From Actinomycetota bacterium (GTDB lineage: Bacteria > Actinomycetota > Actinomycetes > Nanopelagicales > Nanopelagicaceae), in contig SYAM01000012.1 of assembly GCA_005787645.1 (NCBI GenBank), forward strand, positions 1 to 40,008: DNA of 40,008 bases. Direction: 5' to 3'. Shown here piece by piece: positions 16,979-25,997 of this stretch. The notes beneath the pieces were generated by a model. The model was not told the DNA's origin. It was given only the letters and a program-made list of their open reading frames with translations, and did no database searches. Every line of letters begins with the position of its first letter. Position 1 is the stretch's first letter. The position numbers were made by a program, and so were the translations under genes.

Positions 16979-18163
16979 ATGGCTGAAGTATTTATTAAGC
17001 AAATTCGGGCATTCACAGTCCGTGGTGGTGGCGCTGATTACCACGATCAGGAAAAAAGTCATTGGATAGATGGTCAGATTTCTACGCCCATGTCCAAATA
17101 CCCGGAATACAGAGCCCAGCGGCGGAGCTTTGGTCTCAACGTCCTTGGATCCCTCGTTGTGGAGATTGAAGCTAGCAATGGTGACGTGGGAGTTGCCGTA
17201 ACCACTGGTGGTGATTTGGGTTGTTGGATAATCGAGAGACACCTTTCTCGCTTTATCGAAGGCAAGAAAGTCACTGAGATTGAGATTATCTGGGATCAGA
17301 TGTTCAATTCGACCCTTTTTTATGGGCGCAAGGGCATTGTCATTAATGCAATCTCGGGCGTTGATTTGGCTCTCTGGGACTTGTTGGGTCGAGTTCGGCA
17401 ATTACCTGTTTATGAACTTCTTGGAGGCCCCGCACATAAGGAGTTGAATTTCTACGCTACCGGTCCACGCCCCGACATTGCGAAGGAATTAGGTTTTATC
17501 GGTGGAAAATTAACGCTTGTTCATAGTCCGGCAGAGGGCGATTCGGGGCTTGCAAAGAATATGAAGTTGCTCAGCGATATGCGGGAGAAAGTAGGAGAGT
17601 CATTCTGGTTAATGTACGACTGTTGGATGAGTTTAACTGTGGAGTATGCCTTACGACTTGCAAACGCTGGAAAAGATTTTGGACTTAAGTGGATCGAAGA
17701 ATGTCTACCGCCTGATGATTATTGGGGTTACGCAGAGCTTCGAGCAAAGGTACCAGCTGGCATGTTAGTGACTACTGGTGAGCATGAAGCAACACTCATG
17801 GGATTTAAGTTACTTCTGGAGATGAATTGCGCTGACATAATCCAACCGGATGTCGGATGGTGTGGTGGTCTGACCGAGCTCGTTCGCATTGCCGATTTAG
17901 CCGATCAATACAGAGTTCCAGTTGTACCGCATGGCTCGTCGGTTTACAGCTACCATTTCGTTATCACGCGGAACAGTACCGAATTCGCTGAATTTCTTAT
18001 GATGGCTCCAAATGCCGATCGCATCGTGCCGATGTTTAATCCGTTATTGATTGGGGAACCGCTCCCAAATCAGGGAAAACTTCATCTAGCCGCTCTGGAT
18101 AAACCTGGATTTGGAGTTGAACTTAATCGAGACTTGAGTTTTCAACGTCCTTTTTCACACTAG
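16979..18163 (+). CDS. rhmD: L-rhamnonate dehydratase (enolase superfamily)
   Basis: GGGADYHDQ..HWID, TPMSKYPEY, RSFGLNVLG, YDCWMSL, KWIEE, TGEHE, QPDVGWCGG, VPHGSSVYSYHF. Confidence 0.92.
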   Translation: MAEVFIKQIRAFTVRGGGADYHDQEKSHWIDGQISTPMSKYPEYRAQRRSFGLNVLGSLVVEIEASNGDVGVAVTTGGDLGCWIIERHLSRFIEGKKVTEIEIIWDQMFNSTLFYGRKGIVINAISGVDLALWDLLGRVRQLPVYELLGGPAHKELNFYATGPRPDIAKELGFIGGKLTLVHSPAEGDSGLAKNMKLLSDMREKVGESFWLMYDCWMSLTVEYALRLANAGKDFGLKWIEECLPPDDYWGYAELRAKVPAGMLVTTGEHEATLMGFKLLLEMNCADIIQPDVGWCGGLTELVRIADLADQYRVPVVPHGSSVYSYHFVITRNSTEFAEFLMMAPNADRIVPMFNPLLIGEPLPNQGKLHLAALDKPGFGVELNRDLSFQRPFSH

Positions 18164-19476
18164 ATCCACGAGTCGAACCACATCAGACTTCGCCAGTAGT
18201 CATAAGAAACTGTCATAGCAAGGAAAATTGGCGAATGGTAGATGAAGTTGATGCCGATTAGAGTAATAAAACTCGCTAGACCAAGCTTCTTTGATTTACG
18301 AGAGAAGCGCGCTGGCAGTCTCTCATTAATCTCTTTGATTGCCGCGACAATGGCCAAAATTATCCAAGGTTGAAAGACAATAGAGTAAAAAGAGAAAGTC
18401 GTTCGCTCTGGGAAGGCAAACCAGGGAAGCAAACCTGCAGTAACTCCCAACAAAATGAGGGAGTGATTCCGGTTACGAAACCAGAGGATTACTAGGAGCA
18501 ATAATGAAATTGCGCCACTCCACCAGAGCAACGGCGTGCCCATTGCTAATACTTCTTGTGAACATTTTCCGCTGCCACATTGCGGAGATTCGTAAAAGAA
18601 TGATGTTGGCCGAATTTGTAACAACCATTGCCACGCTGGAGATTTGTAGTTGTGGCGCGAATCTAGCCCTTGGTGAAAGTCAAGAATCTCAAATTGATAG
18701 TGAATAAATGAGCGAAGTGGAGCGAGAAAGGTCATTCCATTATCTTCGGCCCAAGTGCGACTCCAGCCTCGGGACGATCGAAACCAACCAAACCAACTAA
18801 CGAAGTAAACGAGAAGTGGTACGAGAAATAGTTGGACTTTTCGTAAAAGAATCATCGAGAGTATCTCTCTCGGAGAATTTTTCATCTCCTTCCAAGAGTC
18901 CTCTTTCAACTCCTTAAGAATGAAGAAAATGGCGAAAACGATGATGTAGAAAATTGCATTCCATTTTGTACCCAAGGCAAGACCAAAGAAAATACCCGCA
19001 AATAGGAAACGTCGATCTATCAGAAACCAGGTAGCAATGAGAAGAAAAGTCGTAAGCGTGATATCAAGGAGTGCAGTTCGAGACATCACTAGATTGAGCC
19101 CATCGAAAAGGGCCAAGAGCGCAGCAATGAGCCCATATCCGAGAGCGCCAAAAAGACGCGAAGCAATCTTTGCAATCAGTAATATCGATAACGTTCCCAA
19201 AAGTGCAACAACCACCCGCCAACCAAAGGGATTATCACCAAAAACTTGAATTCCTACTGCAATCATCCATTTACCAACTGGAGGGTGCACGATGAATTCA
19301 GGTTTATTTGCGCTTATCTCGACGCCAAATTTCAATAAGTCTCGAGCGCCATCAACATAGTAGATTTCATCGAATATCAAAGTGTTCGGAGTGCTCAATC
19401 GGAAGAGTCGCATAAAGAGCGCGGCAGCGACTACAGACCAAATCGCTACCGTTCGATTTCCCAGAGCCCGAATCAT
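18160..19476 (-). CDS. pmt: Protein O-mannosyltransferase (PMT family)
   Basis: IFDEIYY, VHPPVGKW, FGWR, SRTALLD, TKWN, H.Y.S..WQW, W..SWI. Confidence 0.9.
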   Translation of the reverse strand: MIRALGNRTVAIWSVVAAALFMRLFRLSTPNTLIFDEIYYVDGARDLLKFGVEISANKPEFIVHPPVGKWMIAVGIQVFGDNPFGWRVVVALLGTLSILLIAKIASRLFGALGYGLIAALLALFDGLNLVMSRTALLDITLTTFLLIATWFLIDRRFLFAGIFFGLALGTKWNAIFYIIVFAIFFILKELKEDSWKEMKNSPREILSMILLRKVQLFLVPLLVYFVSWFGWFRSSRGWSRTWAEDNGMTFLAPLRSFIHYQFEILDFHQGLDSRHNYKSPAWQWLLQIRPTSFFYESPQCGSGKCSQEVLAMGTPLLWWSGAISLLLLVILWFRNRNHSLILLGVTAGLLPWFAFPERTTFSFYSIVFQPWIILAIVAAIKEINERLPARFSRKSKKLGLASFITLIGINFIYHSPIFLAMTVSYDYWRSLMWFDSWI

Positions 19477-19509
19477 GCCTAACAGCGTAGAACCTGGGAG
19501 GATAAGAGC

Positions 19510-20361
19510 GTGAAAAGCGGCGAGTTAATCCTGGCAGGAGCCCCACTAGGTAACCCTGGGGATGCCTCGTTACGACTGCGTCAGGCGCTTACCCAGGCAA
19601 AGATAATTTTCGCTGAAGATACTCGACGACTACGCCACCTAGCCCAGGACCTCGAGATTGCTATAACTGGAGAATTACGCTCCTTCTTTGCAGGTAATGA
19701 GCGTGAGCGACTTAGTGAATTGCGAGCGCTCCTTGAGGCAGGAGAATCAATTCTCCTGATTACTGATGGTGGAATGCCGGGGATAAGCGATCCGGGATAT
19801 CTGGCAATTCAAACTGCCCTTGAACTAAATGCGGATATTGAAGTGCTCCCGGGTCCAAGTGCAGTAACCACCGCACTGGTCTTATCAGGTCTACCCATGG
19901 AGAGATTCCTCTTCGATGGTTTTATCCCTCGAACGTCGAATGCACGACGCGACTATATCGATTCAATAAAAAACCAGCCTCGAACGATTGTGATTTTTGA
20001 GGCCCCACATCGCACCAAGGAACTCATCGGTGATTTATTGGAGATACTGGGCGAGCGCCGACAAGTTGCGCTATGTCGAGAGATGACTAAAAAATATCAG
20101 GAAGTCTTCCGAGGCTCGCTCTATGAGTTGAACCAATGGGTTACCGAGCGAGAGGTGCTTGGTGAAGTCACGATTGTGATTGCTGGCGCAGCGCCTGAAG
20201 AAATAACCTCTCGCGCACCAGATCACATTGCGCACTTGGTGGGCGAACGTGAGCGAGCAGGGATGGACCGGCGCGAAGCCGTGGCCGCAGTGGCGCAGGA
20301 GCTGAATCTACGTAAGCGAGAAGTATTTGATGCTCTAGTCGCCACTAAGATGGGGCAGTGA
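19510..20361 (+). CDS. rsmI: 16S rRNA C1402 2'-O-methyltransferase
   Basis: PLGNPGDAS, AEDTR, TDGGMPGISDPG, PGPSA, FEAPHR, REMTK. Confidence 0.93.
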   Translation: MKSGELILAGAPLGNPGDASLRLRQALTQAKIIFAEDTRRLRHLAQDLEIAITGELRSFFAGNERERLSELRALLEAGESILLITDGGMPGISDPGYLAIQTALELNADIEVLPGPSAVTTALVLSGLPMERFLFDGFIPRTSNARRDYIDSIKNQPRTIVIFEAPHRTKELIGDLLEILGERRQVALCREMTKKYQEVFRGSLYELNQWVTEREVLGEVTIVIAGAAPEEITSRAPDHIAHLVGERERAGMDRREAVAAVAQELNLRKREVFDALVATKMGQ

Positions 20362-21959
20362 TGTCTGAGCAGGGGCAGAAGAATTTCTACCTTACGACGC
20401 CGATTTACTATGTAAATGATGCGCCGCATATTGGCCATGCTTACACCACCGTTGCAGGAGATGTTCTCACTCGTTGGCATAGACAACGAGGTGAAAGGGT
20501 TTGGTTTCTTACTGGGACTGATGAGCATGGTCAGAAAGTGCTGCGTACTGCCGAGGCAAATAATTCAGATCCTCAAGCCTGGGCCGACAAGTTGGTCGAG
20601 AGTGCATGGAAGCCAACCTGGAAATCCTTAAATATCGCTAACGATGATTTTATTAGGACGACCGAGGGTCGCCATATGGAGCGGGTCCAGAATTTCTTGC
20701 AGGGCCTAAAGGATGCCGGACATATATATGAAGGAAAGTATGAAGGCCCCTATTGCGTCGGGTGTGAAGAGTTCAAATTGCCGGGCGATCTTTTACCAGG
20801 GGCAAATGAGAGTGAGAAACTCTGTCCGATTCACTCTCGACCTGTTGAACTCGTCAGCGAGACCAATTGGTTCTTTCGTTTATCTGCTTTTGTTGAGCCT
20901 CTTCTTGCCCATTATCGGGAGAATCCGCAAGCGTGTGAACCTACCAGCGCACGGAATGAGGTAGTTGCTTTCCTTGAGGGGGGCGTATCAGATCTCTCGA
21001 TCTCACGCTCTTCTTTCTCATGGGGTATTCCCGTTCCGTGGGATTCCAAACAAGTTGTCTATGTCTGGTTTGACGCGCTACTAAATTATGCGACCGCGGT
21101 TGGTTTAGGTGATGCTCCTGGTACTCCGGGCGGCGAGGATTTCGCGCATAAGTGGCCAGCAGATGTTCATTTGGTAGGAAAAGACATCCTGCGCTTTCAT
21201 GCAGTCATATGGCCGGCGATGTTGTTGGCTGCAAATTTGCCCGTGCCTAAGAAAGTTTTTGCGCATGGTTGGCTATTGGTCGGTGGCGAGAAGATGAGTA
21301 AGAGCAAACTCACTGGAATCGCGCCCTCCGATATCACTGATTTCTTTGGCGTTGATGCATTTCGTTATTACTTTTTGCGGGCGATTCCATTTGGCACGGA
21401 TGGATCTTTCTCGTGGGAAGATATGGTTGCGCGTTATACGAGTGAATTAGCTAATGATTTCGGAAATCTCGCATCAAGGGCTATTGCGATGGTTGAGAAG
21501 TATTGTGATGGGAAGATTCCATGTGTCGCCAACGAACCAGAACTCGCAGCAGCCGCAGCGCTTGCAACCAAACGGGCCGATGAATCAATTTCTGCATTAG
21601 ATTTTCAGAGCGGGATTCTGGCGATTTTAGAGTTCTGTAAAAGCGTGAATGGGTATGTAACTGAACAAGCTCCCTGGGTCTTAGCAAAAGACCCAGCACG
21701 CAAATCTGAGCTAGATCAAGTTCTTTATGCAACTTGTGAATCACTGCGCATCTTGGCAGTGCTCTTCAATCCAGTGATGCCAGAGACTTCTCAAAAGTTA
21801 TGGCGTGCATTAGGTGCCGACAAGCTTGGCTTGCTCGATGATCAGAGGATCAATGATGTTGCACGCTGGGGACAGCTACCAACAGGTGCACAAACCATCC
21901 GCGGCGAAGTTCTCTTTCCGCGCCTACCTGAGAACACTGGTGAGGAGCTACGCGGGTGA
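20358..21959 (+). CDS. metG: Methionyl-tRNA synthetase (short form)
   Basis: HIGH, GTDEHG, YVWFDAL, GKDI..FH, KMSKS. Confidence 0.97.
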   Translation: MMSEQGQKNFYLTTPIYYVNDAPHIGHAYTTVAGDVLTRWHRQRGERVWFLTGTDEHGQKVLRTAEANNSDPQAWADKLVESAWKPTWKSLNIANDDFIRTTEGRHMERVQNFLQGLKDAGHIYEGKYEGPYCVGCEEFKLPGDLLPGANESEKLCPIHSRPVELVSETNWFFRLSAFVEPLLAHYRENPQACEPTSARNEVVAFLEGGVSDLSISRSSFSWGIPVPWDSKQVVYVWFDALLNYATAVGLGDAPGTPGGEDFAHKWPADVHLVGKDILRFHAVIWPAMLLAANLPVPKKVFAHGWLLVGGEKMSKSKLTGIAPSDITDFFGVDAFRYYFLRAIPFGTDGSFSWEDMVARYTSELANDFGNLASRAIAMVEKYCDGKIPCVANEPELAAAAALATKRADESISALDFQSGILAILEFCKSVNGYVTEQAPWVLAKDPARKSELDQVLYATCESLRILAVLFNPVMPETSQKLWRALGADKLGLLDDQRINDVARWGQLPTGAQTIRGEVLFPRLPENTGEELRG

Positions 21960-22813
21960 GCGATCGCCACAATCGGGATATCGATCGGATTCCAGCGCCA
22001 CTACCTGAGCCGTTACCTGCACCAACGATTGATTCGCACTGTCATCTGGAGTTGATCGCCAATTCTGCACCGGATGCTCCCGAGGTGAAGGCAATACTTG
22101 ATGAAGCAGAATCCGTGGGCATCGAACAGGTGCTGCAAATCGGTTATGACCTAGAGCAATCGCGATGGTCAGTAGGGGTGGCAGAAGCATGGGTCGGCAG
22201 AGCGCTTGCAGCAGTTGCGCTCCACCCGAATGAAGCGCCTATGGTCGATGATCTCGACGAGCAACTTCGCGAGATTGAAAAATTAGCGACCCATCCGAGG
22301 GTGCGGGGAATTGGTGAGACTGGCCTGGATTATTTTCGGACGCCAGAAGAGTTGCGAAGTAAGCAAGAGTTCTCATTCCGCTCTCATATAGCCATCGCAA
22401 AGCGGATGAATAAAGCATTGATAATCCATGATCGCGACGCCCACGAAGATATTTTGCGCGTACTCACAGATGAGGGTGCTCCCGAAAAAGTCATCTTTCA
22501 TTGTTATTCAGGAGATGCAGAGATGGCGCAACGTTGTATCAACGCAGGATATTACTTGTCGTTCTCCGGGACGGTTACATTTAAGAATGCTCCCGAGTTA
22601 CGCGAGGCTCTTTCACTGACACCATTAGAGAATCTACTCGTTGAGACCGATGCCCCATTCTTAGCCCCCGCTCCTTATCGTGGAGCGCTTAACTCACCGG
22701 CGCAGATTGCTCGAACTATTCGCTTTATGGCCGAAGTAGTCAATCGCCCTGTTGAAGAGCTCTGCGATGCAACCAGAGGCAATGCCCTTCGGGTATTTGG
22801 AGATTTCACTTAA
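21956..22813 (+). CDS. tatD: TatD family nuclease
   Basis: DSHCH, LHPN, IGETGLDY, IHDR, FHCYSG, VETDAPFL. Confidence 0.93.
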   Translation: MSDRHNRDIDRIPAPLPEPLPAPTIDSHCHLELIANSAPDAPEVKAILDEAESVGIEQVLQIGYDLEQSRWSVGVAEAWVGRALAAVALHPNEAPMVDDLDEQLREIEKLATHPRVRGIGETGLDYFRTPEELRSKQEFSFRSHIAIAKRMNKALIIHDRDAHEDILRVLTDEGAPEKVIFHCYSGDAEMAQRCINAGYYLSFSGTVTFKNAPELREALSLTPLENLLVETDAPFLAPAPYRGALNSPAQIARTIRFMAEVVNRPVEELCDATRGNALRVFGDFT

Positions 22814-23664
22814 TGGAGAGCCTAGGTGCAGCGCAGATTCGTGAATTGGCCGAGCAACTAAATCTGCGCCCATCAAAATCACTTGGACAGAATTTTGTCA
22901 TCGATGGCAATACCTGTCGGAAGATAGTCCGACTATCGGAGGTAAACCAGAATGATGCTGTGTTGGAAATCGGACCTGGCCTGGGTTCACTTACTTTAGT
23001 TTTACTTGCAAACGCGGGCTCGGTGGTTGCGGTTGAAATCGATAAAAGGTTAGCGGAACAACTTCCAAAGACGATTGCAGCGCATGTACCAGAGCGAGCA
23101 TCGAACTTGCACGTCATCAATAAAGATGCGCTCAATATCACCGAGATTCAACCCACTCCCACTGCGTTGGTAGCGAATTTGCCTTACAACGTATCGGTGC
23201 CAGTCTTGCTCCATCTCTTGGAATATTTCCCCACAATCACTCGAGGGATTGTGATGGTTCAAGCGGAGGTCGCCCAGCGGTTGGCAGCGAAACCAGGATC
23301 AAAGGCTTACGGTATTCCGAGCGTGAAGTTGAGATGGTGGGCAGATTCGCAGATTGCTAGCGCAATTTCTCGCGAGGTCTTCTGGCCGGCCCCGCGCGTG
23401 GATTCACTCCTACTCTCGTTTGCACGCCATGAACATAGTGATATTCATAACGAATCGCTCCGCCTGCGCACTTTCGCAATCATCGATAGCGCTTTCGCGC
23501 AACGTCGAAAGATGTTGCGTTCTTCCTTAGGTACTTTCTTGGGCTCTAGTGAGCGCGCTTCCGAACTCTTGATTGCCGCCGGAGTAGACCCAACCGATAG
23601 AGCAGAGAACCTGACACTCGAGGACTTTATTGCGATTGCGCGAGGCATTTCACTCCCAAGTTGA
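22813..23664 (+). CDS. rsmA: 16S rRNA dimethyladenosine transferase
   Basis: KSLGQNF, EIGPGLGSLT, ANLPYN, MVQAEVA, QRRKMLR. Confidence 0.95.
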   Translation: MESLGAAQIRELAEQLNLRPSKSLGQNFVIDGNTCRKIVRLSEVNQNDAVLEIGPGLGSLTLVLLANAGSVVAVEIDKRLAEQLPKTIAAHVPERASNLHVINKDALNITEIQPTPTALVANLPYNVSVPVLLHLLEYFPTITRGIVMVQAEVAQRLAAKPGSKAYGIPSVKLRWWADSQIASAISREVFWPAPRVDSLLLSFARHEHSDIHNESLRLRTFAIIDSAFAQRRKMLRSSLGTFLGSSERASELLIAAGVDPTDRAENLTLEDFIAIARGISLPS

Positions 23665-23677
23665 TTAGGGTAGAACC

Positions 23678-24583
23678 ATGATTTTGGTGAAAGCCCCTGC
23701 AAAGATTAATTTGCAATTATCTGTGGGGGCAAAAGGTGATGATGGTTATCACGACCTAGCTACAGTCTTCCAAGCAGTTTCACTTTACGATGAGATAAAA
23801 GTGGAACCGGGCGAGAGTGGTTCTGGAGTCACATTGCACTTCTCTGGAGACAATCCTCATATTGCGAATCTTCCTACCAACAATAAAAATCTTGCATACA
23901 AAGCTGCTCAATTATTTGCTCAACGGAAGAAAGTTCCACTAGACCTCGTCATAGAGATCAAGAAACAGATTCCGATTGCTGGCGGTATGGCAGGTGGCAG
24001 TGCAAATGCCGCCGGAGTTCTTGTTGCACTCGATGCGCTCTACGAAACCAAAATGAGTAAAGATGATCTGATTGGATTAGCCCGTCAATTGGGTAGCGAT
24101 GTTCCATTCTCTCTGACGGGTGGGACTGCAGTAGGAACAGGTCGCGGTGATCGCCTCACTCCAGCGCTTGCGCGTGGGACTTTTCATTGGGTTCTCGCAT
24201 ACTCGTCTCAAGGGTTATCTACTCCGGCAGTCTATGAAGAGTGCGATCGACTACGGCAAGGTTTTGCCCAGCGAGCGCCACGAGTGAGTGAAGATTTGAT
24301 GCATGCATTAAGTAGCGGCGATCCAATCGCATTAGGAAAGTCTCTGGTAAATGATTTACAACCGGCAGCCTGCTCACTCAGACCCGCGCTGAAGTTAGCG
24401 CTCTCGGCTGGCATGGATTCGGGAGCAATTGGTGCACTCGTCTCTGGCTCTGGCCCAACTGTCGCATTCTTAGCAAAGAGTGAAGAGGCAGCAATTGATC
24501 TCGCAGTAACGCTCTCCTCAACAGGTGCGGTCTCACAACTAGGACGAGCGCATAGCCCCGTGGGTGGTCCGAAAGTTATTTAA
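23678..24583 (+). CDS. ispE: 4-diphosphocytidyl-2-C-methyl-D-erythritol kinase
   Basis: APAKINL, YHDL.TVFQ, IPIAGGMAGGSA, LGSDVPF, SGSGPT. Confidence 0.95.
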   Translation: MILVKAPAKINLQLSVGAKGDDGYHDLATVFQAVSLYDEIKVEPGESGSGVTLHFSGDNPHIANLPTNNKNLAYKAAQLFAQRKKVPLDLVIEIKKQIPIAGGMAGGSANAAGVLVALDALYETKMSKDDLIGLARQLGSDVPFSLTGGTAVGTGRGDRLTPALARGTFHWVLAYSSQGLSTPAVYEECDRLRQGFAQRAPRVSEDLMHALSSGDPIALGKSLVNDLQPAACSLRPALKLALSAGMDSGAIGALVSGSGPTVAFLAKSEEAAIDLAVTLSSTGAVSQLGRAHSPVGGPKVI

Positions 24584-25130
24584 TTGGTGGAATTGCACTC
24601 TCAACATGCTCGAGCACCCGACTTAATAATCCAGCCAAGCCATTTCGCTCATCATTCGGTAGCGATTTCAAGAGTTCTTTCTCCCGATTAAGTAGATCCA
24701 CGAGAGCCGCATCCACAACTCTGATGCCTTTATCGGTAATTCGAACCAAAGTACCCCGCCCATCAGATGGGTCTGGATGGCGTGCAAGAAGTCCATCCCC
24801 TTCTAAACGATCTAAACGGTTGGTGATAGTTCCGCTTGTTACTAAGTTTTCATGAATGAGTTGGCCTGGAGTGAGTTGATATGGAGTACCTGCACGACGG
24901 AGCGCTGCTAGCACATCAAAGCCCCATGTTTCCAAACCATGTTGAGCAAACGCAGCCCGTCGAGCAATATCTAAGTGACGCGCAAGTCTGGTGATTCGAC
25001 TTAAGACTTCAAGCGGTGCGCAATCTAGATCAGGTCGCTCACGTCGCCATGCAGAGACGAGCTCTTCAACCTCATCTTTTCTATTTTTTCTTGCACTACT
25101 ACTCTGAGAATCATTCTGCTTACCTGTCAT
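24576..25130 (-). CDS. MarR family regulator, TamR/UrtR-like
   Basis: DEV..LV.AWRRERPDLD, FDVLAALRRAG.PYQL, TSGTITNRLDRLE, DGRG. Confidence 0.9.
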   Translation of the reverse strand: MTGKQNDSQSSSARKNRKDEVEELVSAWRRERPDLDCAPLEVLSRITRLARHLDIARRAAFAQHGLETWGFDVLAALRRAGTPYQLTPGQLIHENLVTSGTITNRLDRLEGDGLLARHPDPSDGRGTLVRITDKGIRVVDAALVDLLNREKELLKSLPNDERNGLAGLLSRVLEHVESAIPPIK

Positions 25131-25800
25131 GGTTTCGTCGACTTTCAAAGGAAAGACGAGGGTGAGTCTCGAGGGCGCTTAGTCCATTCCACGCAAGATT
25201 GACGATGTGAGCGGCAACCTCTTCCCTAGAGAACAATCGCGCATCTAGCCACCATTGACCGGTTAGAGCAACCATCCCTACGAGCATCGAGGCGTACATA
25301 GGCGCCATCTCTGCGGCAAATCCACGAGATGACAATTCTTCGATGAAGATATGTTCTACTTGAGATGCAACTTCACTCAGCAACGTGGCAAATGATCCGC
25401 TTTGGCCGCCGACTGGAGAATTTCTTACCAACAAGCGAAAGCCATCACTTCTAGTCTCGATATAGGTAAGGAATGCGAGCGCAGCGCGTTCAGCTCGTAC
25501 TCGCGGTTGTCCGGTCTCCAAAGTAGTTGAGATAAGTTCCAGGAGCGCTCGCATCTCGCGGTCCACGACTACCGCATAGAGCCCCTCTTTACTCCCAAAG
25601 TGTTCGTAGATCAGTGGCTTGGAGACCCCGGCATTAGCTGCCAACTCTTCGACGCTTGTTCCCTCAACGCCGCTCTCGGCGAAGACCTCAACCGCAGTGG
25701 AGATAATCTGCTCTCGGCGAGCAGCGCTACTCATCCGCGTTCGGTTACCCCCTGAGGCGGGAGTAGATGCAGGAGTAGATGCAGGGGAGGGTGCGCTCAT
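25120..25800 (-). CDS. TetR/AcrR family regulator
   Basis: RMS..ARREQ, GVSKPLIYEHFGSKEGLYAVVVDRE, AHIVNLAWNGL; the ORF-track extension overlaps the tRNA, so ATG 25800 was chosen. Confidence 0.9.
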   Translation of the reverse strand: MSAPSPASTPASTPASGGNRTRMSSAARREQIISTAVEVFAESGVEGTSVEELAANAGVSKPLIYEHFGSKEGLYAVVVDREMRALLELISTTLETGQPRVRAERAALAFLTYIETRSDGFRLLVRNSPVGGQSGSFATLLSEVASQVEHIFIEELSSRGFAAEMAPMYASMLVGMVALTGQWWLDARLFSREEVAAHIVNLAWNGLSALETHPRLSFESRRNHDR

Positions 25801-25877
25801 ATTCGCCAAGGGTAGTGGCGCGCCTGCGCAAATAAAGGCTGGTCGAAACCAGCGCGAAAATGCGAGAGAATACGGGT

Positions 25878-25949
25878 TCCGCCATGGTGTAGTGGCTAGC
25901 ACATGGGCCTTTGAAGCCCAGGGTCCTGGATCGATACCAGGTGGCGGAG
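25878..25949 (+). tRNA. tRNA-Gln (anticodon TTG)
   Basis: Acceptor TCCGCCA/TGGCGGA, anticodon arm TGGGC-CTTTGAA-GCCCA, T arm CCTGG-ATCGATA-CCAGG; usual position upstream of glmU. Confidence 0.9.
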
Positions 25950-25997
25950 CGCAGGCACCGCCTCAACTGCACCTGCAAGGAGGGAGTACGCCTTCCA

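Noticed and set aside
16817-17401. 194-aa antisense ORF, and other long antisense ORFs within the SDR, MMPL, glmU, prs and mfd genes
   Set aside because: Shadow ORFs opposite well-supported genes, with no recognisable motifs
25760-25783. 12-bp tandem repeat GGAGTAGATGCA x2
   Set aside because: In-frame duplication in the low-complexity TetR N-terminus (ASTP repeat); not CRISPR-like
25801-25997. ORF-track extensions of TetR (to 25902) and glmU (from 25911)
   Set aside because: They overlap tRNA-Gln; downstream ATGs fit the family N-termini better
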